Under the pieces are notes generated by a model that saw only the letters and a list, made by a program, of their open reading frames with translations, was not told the DNA's origin and did no database searches. The position numbers and the translations under genes were made by a program. This document shows, one piece after another, positions 60,282 through 64,000 of a DNA stretch of 64,000 bases (positions are counted from its first letter, which is position 1; every line of letters begins with the position of its first letter). This DNA comes from Auanema rhodensis (taxonomy: Eukaryota > Animalia > Nematoda), in assembly GCA_964057225.1 (NCBI GenBank), contig OZ059898.1, positions 14,198,001 through 14,262,000 of the forward strand, written 5' to 3'.

Positions 60282-60685
60282 TTACTCGTCTTCGTCCATG
60301 TGATGAACTAATCCACCACGTACCTGGATGGTACGAATATCGTGAGGTCCCAACCGAATACCGCGCTTAGCGCCAAACTGAAAATATAAATGTATATAAA
60401 AGATCAAATATTCTCATATAGTATGCTTCGTTCATTCATTAATTGAAGCTATTATTCGAAAGCGAATTGTCCTTTTCCGAATAACGAAGCATGAGTTCAT
60501 GAGTAAATGAATAAATTAAAAAGAAAAATGGAGCTAACCTTCTCGAATCTAGTGATATCGTCGTATTTAGTAATGCAGAAGAAATTGATGATAAAGAATG
60601 AAAGAATAAATGTTACAACTCCAAAAATAACGGCTACTATAACAGCTCCGAAGTAGTCTAAAGCTTCAAATTCTTGCTTCGGCAT
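60282..60685 (-). CDS. Small nematode single-pass membrane protein, 80 aa, 2 exons
   Basis: Exons 60685-60539 and 60377-60282 give MPKQEFEALDYFGAVIVAVIFGVVTFILSFFIINFFCITKYDDITRFEK|FGAKRGIRLGPHDIRTIQVRGGLVHHMDEDE*. An acceptor directly precedes the ATG. Confidence 0.8.
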
Positions 60686-63600
60686 CTGTGATGAAAAAAT
60701 AGGTTTAAAATAATTACTTAAAACATATAAATGAGTAAAGATCAATAAGAAGTAACAGAAAAAATTAGAAAAAAGAAACAGATGGATTGAAAAAGTTGAA
60801 GAACAAAGCTGTCGTCTTATCCGGATAAGAAGATTTAGCTTAAAAAGCTCACTTGAACGGAATCGAAGAATAAAATAATATCATAAAAACAGTTGTTTCA
60901 TAGTATATAAAACAATAAAGTTGGTTTAATTATAAAAATATTTAAATTACAATTTGAAAATGAAAGAATATATTTCATTTCTTCTGATAAAATGGAAAAT
61001 GGTTGAAGCAAACTGGATTTCCATTATGAATAGAACATAAAAGCAGCATAATATGAACAGTCTCAGGTAGATTGAATATCAATGGACAGAAAAATGTTTT
61101 CAATACCTGATTACACTCGAGTATTGAATTTAATTTTTCGATTAACGAATGAGATGAAACACATCCACACCTTTGAGTTAATTGAGATTTTGCGAATGTT
61201 CAGAATCAAAACAAGTACAAACGAATGTTGCTTCTTCGACCCAAGCATATACCCGTAGTTTGTAAAGGAACTTCTTGGACTTTTTTCGATTATAAATGAC
61301 TTGATGAGTCGGAACAGGCATTTAACGTACGGAAGTGTGATAGCCTTCGATGTTAATAAATCTCAATGCAATCAATAGACAGCACACAACTTCTATCAGT
61401 TTAAGTTAAAGGATATAGATGTCGTAATAATGAATGGAGATGTAGAATACCATTAAAATTGGCTATAATCTCATCCAGATCGTGAAGCTCAAGTGTATAG
61501 TAGTAACGATGAGACCGCGAAAAGGCATGTGATTATAAAAAAGATGAGAATGAATAGCAGCAGTACTGCTGACTGCGGCAAACGAATGGATTGAGAGTTA
61601 AAAGAAAAAAAATGAGCTTGAGAACTAAAATGGATAGAAAATAAACAGCTTATTTGATATATGACCGGTTCGAAGCATTCTGAACATTGAAATAAGAAAA
61701 TCTGCAATCATTATTTCAACGGTGACGAGTGATTTTGCGTGAAAATCGCTGTCACAACATGCCATTTATGATGAGCGAAGAGGGAGGAGGAAGAATGGTT
61801 ACAATATGATATTTACTATAGAAGAATAAGAAATGTGATGAAATGGAACAATAAGAAGAGAAAAAACAACAAAAAAAAGAGACGAAAATAAGAAAACTAA
61901 TTAAACTATTAAAGAAAAATAAGAATTTAAATTTTTCAATGAACCTTAGTTGGTAAGCTAATGAGCAATCAATGATTTTCGCGACCTGAAGTGCAGATTT
62001 CGAATTTTAACTGTTAATCCAGTGCAATTCTAATAGAGCACATGATCTTTTCTTGACCCGCCAGCTACTCGAGTGACCGGGCACCGGCTGCGAAGAATGA
62101 GGTGGTGGTGGTGGTAGTAGTGGTGCAGTGGCTATTCGGTGTTGTGTGGCGGTGGAATGCGAAACGAAGTAGAAGATGGGAAGACGAATAAGAGAATGAA
62201 AAGGTTGGCAGGGAACGAGGTCGTGAAGGGAAATTGCTGTTATGGGACAGTTGTGTTGAAAGTCTCAACTGTTTGTGACGACGCAGTATCGTCGAGGACG
62301 AGAAAATGCTTCTGCATCATGTATTGTTGTCAGATTCTGTAGAAAGGTAACAATGATGGACGGAAGGTAGCAATCAGGTTTTTCGCTGATGTCGATGACA
62401 CCGACGGGAATCGATCGAATCAAATTAGACAACCTTGAAACTTTGCGATGCGTCTATTATGGCAATGGCATACAAACGTCTAGGGCAGTCAGTAACTAAA
62501 GCTGTTTTCTAGTTCTTCTTACAATACATGAAAACAATCAATTGTAGAATGGAGAAATTGGACGTGAAAAGACTAATATTCCTTGATATTAGGATTGTAG
62601 AGACTCAGAGTTCTGATTAATAAGATAATAATCCGGCTCATTTTATGAAGCTTATTAGCTGCAGCCCCAGAGCGACAAGAGCAACATTAAGGAAGTGTGA
62701 GGGCTTGCCTTTAAATTCTATCTAATGCTGATGGGCTGCACATGCCGTTCAGGAAGATCAACTCAGAACCAACTCCTAAGTTTCCAGACAAAGAGATTGA
62801 CAGAAGGAAACAGCAGCTTGGCATTGTGCTATTGACAGCGAAACTTAAATGATGCTCCAAGAGCAAAAAGTACAAAAAGAAATAAAGAAAGTTTAGAAAA
62901 AAAGGAACAGATAACGATGGCCTAGAGAGAGTACGGGGATTCCCTCGTGAGAACATGCAGCTCGTGTTAACAACGAAGATTGAGTAGAACGCAGAACTGA
63001 TGCTCTGATGTCTCCTGATTACCTCATTTTATTTTCCGGCGCTCTTAGTGATATCTCAGAGTCAGATCTCTACTCCCATTCTTCTAAATTTCTTCTTTCA
63101 CCCCTCTCATATTCATTACTCTATCTCTTTATCTCGTTTTTCTTGTTCACACTCATTGAAGTTGTTCTCTACATATATCAAGTCTGTTCTTCGATTTGCC
63201 AGGTTTCTTCTAGTATCTACACAAATCTATTGCATTCACTCAATCAGTCACATGACTTTGACTGAATGTTACATCGCCAGAGAAAGTCAGAAAAGGCTGA
63301 GCTAATGAAATTTCGCTTTTTTGAGGTAGTCTCAGACATTTATGGCAAATATTTTATCAGCTGGATATGAAAAGTTAGTGCTGGAATAACATTATAAAAA
63401 ATGGATAAAGGACCAAATTAATTAAATGACCGAGGACAAGAGAGAAAAGCCACTTTCTCATCGATCTCTTGGATTGGAAAATAATATTGCTCAGCTTTTC
63501 ATCTGTTTCTCTAGTGAAGTTGAGACACACACAACGAGCAGTAAGGAACAAAAAGTTATACATATATGAAGAGTGTAAGGAAAAGTTACATGAATTTGGT

Positions 63601-64000
63601 ATTTCAATTAGCTTGAACAGAGCAAATTGAAGAATTTAAATTGAGAAGATATAAGACATTCACAAGGGGGGGGGGTAGTTGAAGAAGAAGCGCAAGATGA
63701 AGAACATAGACATATAGGAGATCAATGAACGCACTCAAATTAGCTTGAACTTGAAAATTAAAGAAAGAAGGCTGCAACTCAAATTGAAGTTGTCAATAGT
63801 AGAAGTAAAAGTAAATGAAGCTTTCATATATGGAATTTGAATTCATATATATATATATATCAAGAAATTGGTTTTGAAACGTATTCTCATAAAAGGATAG
63901 AGGAAGGAATTCAATAGAGTATGGATACATACGTAGAGTTTCAGAGTGGGATAGATTGAGAGCAAGGCAGAGTAAGAAGAAAACGAGCAATAGGCTTACC

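Noticed and set aside
63322-63345. TGAGGTAGTCTCAG resembles let-7 family miR-48
   Set aside because: There is no downstream star arm. Only weak pairing to upstream sequence exists, which would put the miRNA on the wrong arm.
63793-63990. ORF with a signal-peptide-like start at the window edge, plus possible exons at 62.0-63.5 kb
   Set aside because: It starts at TTG just after a GTAAG donor-like site, so it is probably intronic. I could not build a consistent gene model.

Overview
Eukaryotic, AT-rich genomic DNA from a rhabditid nematode, inferred from ~45-60 nt GT-AG introns, TTTCAG-type acceptors just before start codons, and C. elegans-like proteins. The species cannot be determined from the sequence. 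The first ~8 kb looks non-coding and is rich in (AG)n repeats. I spliced the genes by hand. From left to right: an Srv-class chemoreceptor with two antisense mariner-HTH-only genes in intron 1; a candidate neuropeptide precursor; a minus-strand cluster cdf-2 > MPV17 > FPGS > FBXO30/40-like, the last carrying a TIR element in an intron; three small orphan genes; an ER FKBP; tRNA-Val(TAC); a tetraspanin with a duplicated alternative TM4/tail exon pair; tmbi-4 with a nested antisense calmodulin-like gene; an SLC16 transporter; CTU2; aak-2; got-1; and a small membrane protein. The most unusual items are the spliced HTH-only genes, the tetraspanin alternative ends, the cargo-bearing TIR element, the LRGALFRS-amide precursor and an HZA/GATA module in cdf-2. 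Homology and synteny statements come from memory; no searches were run.
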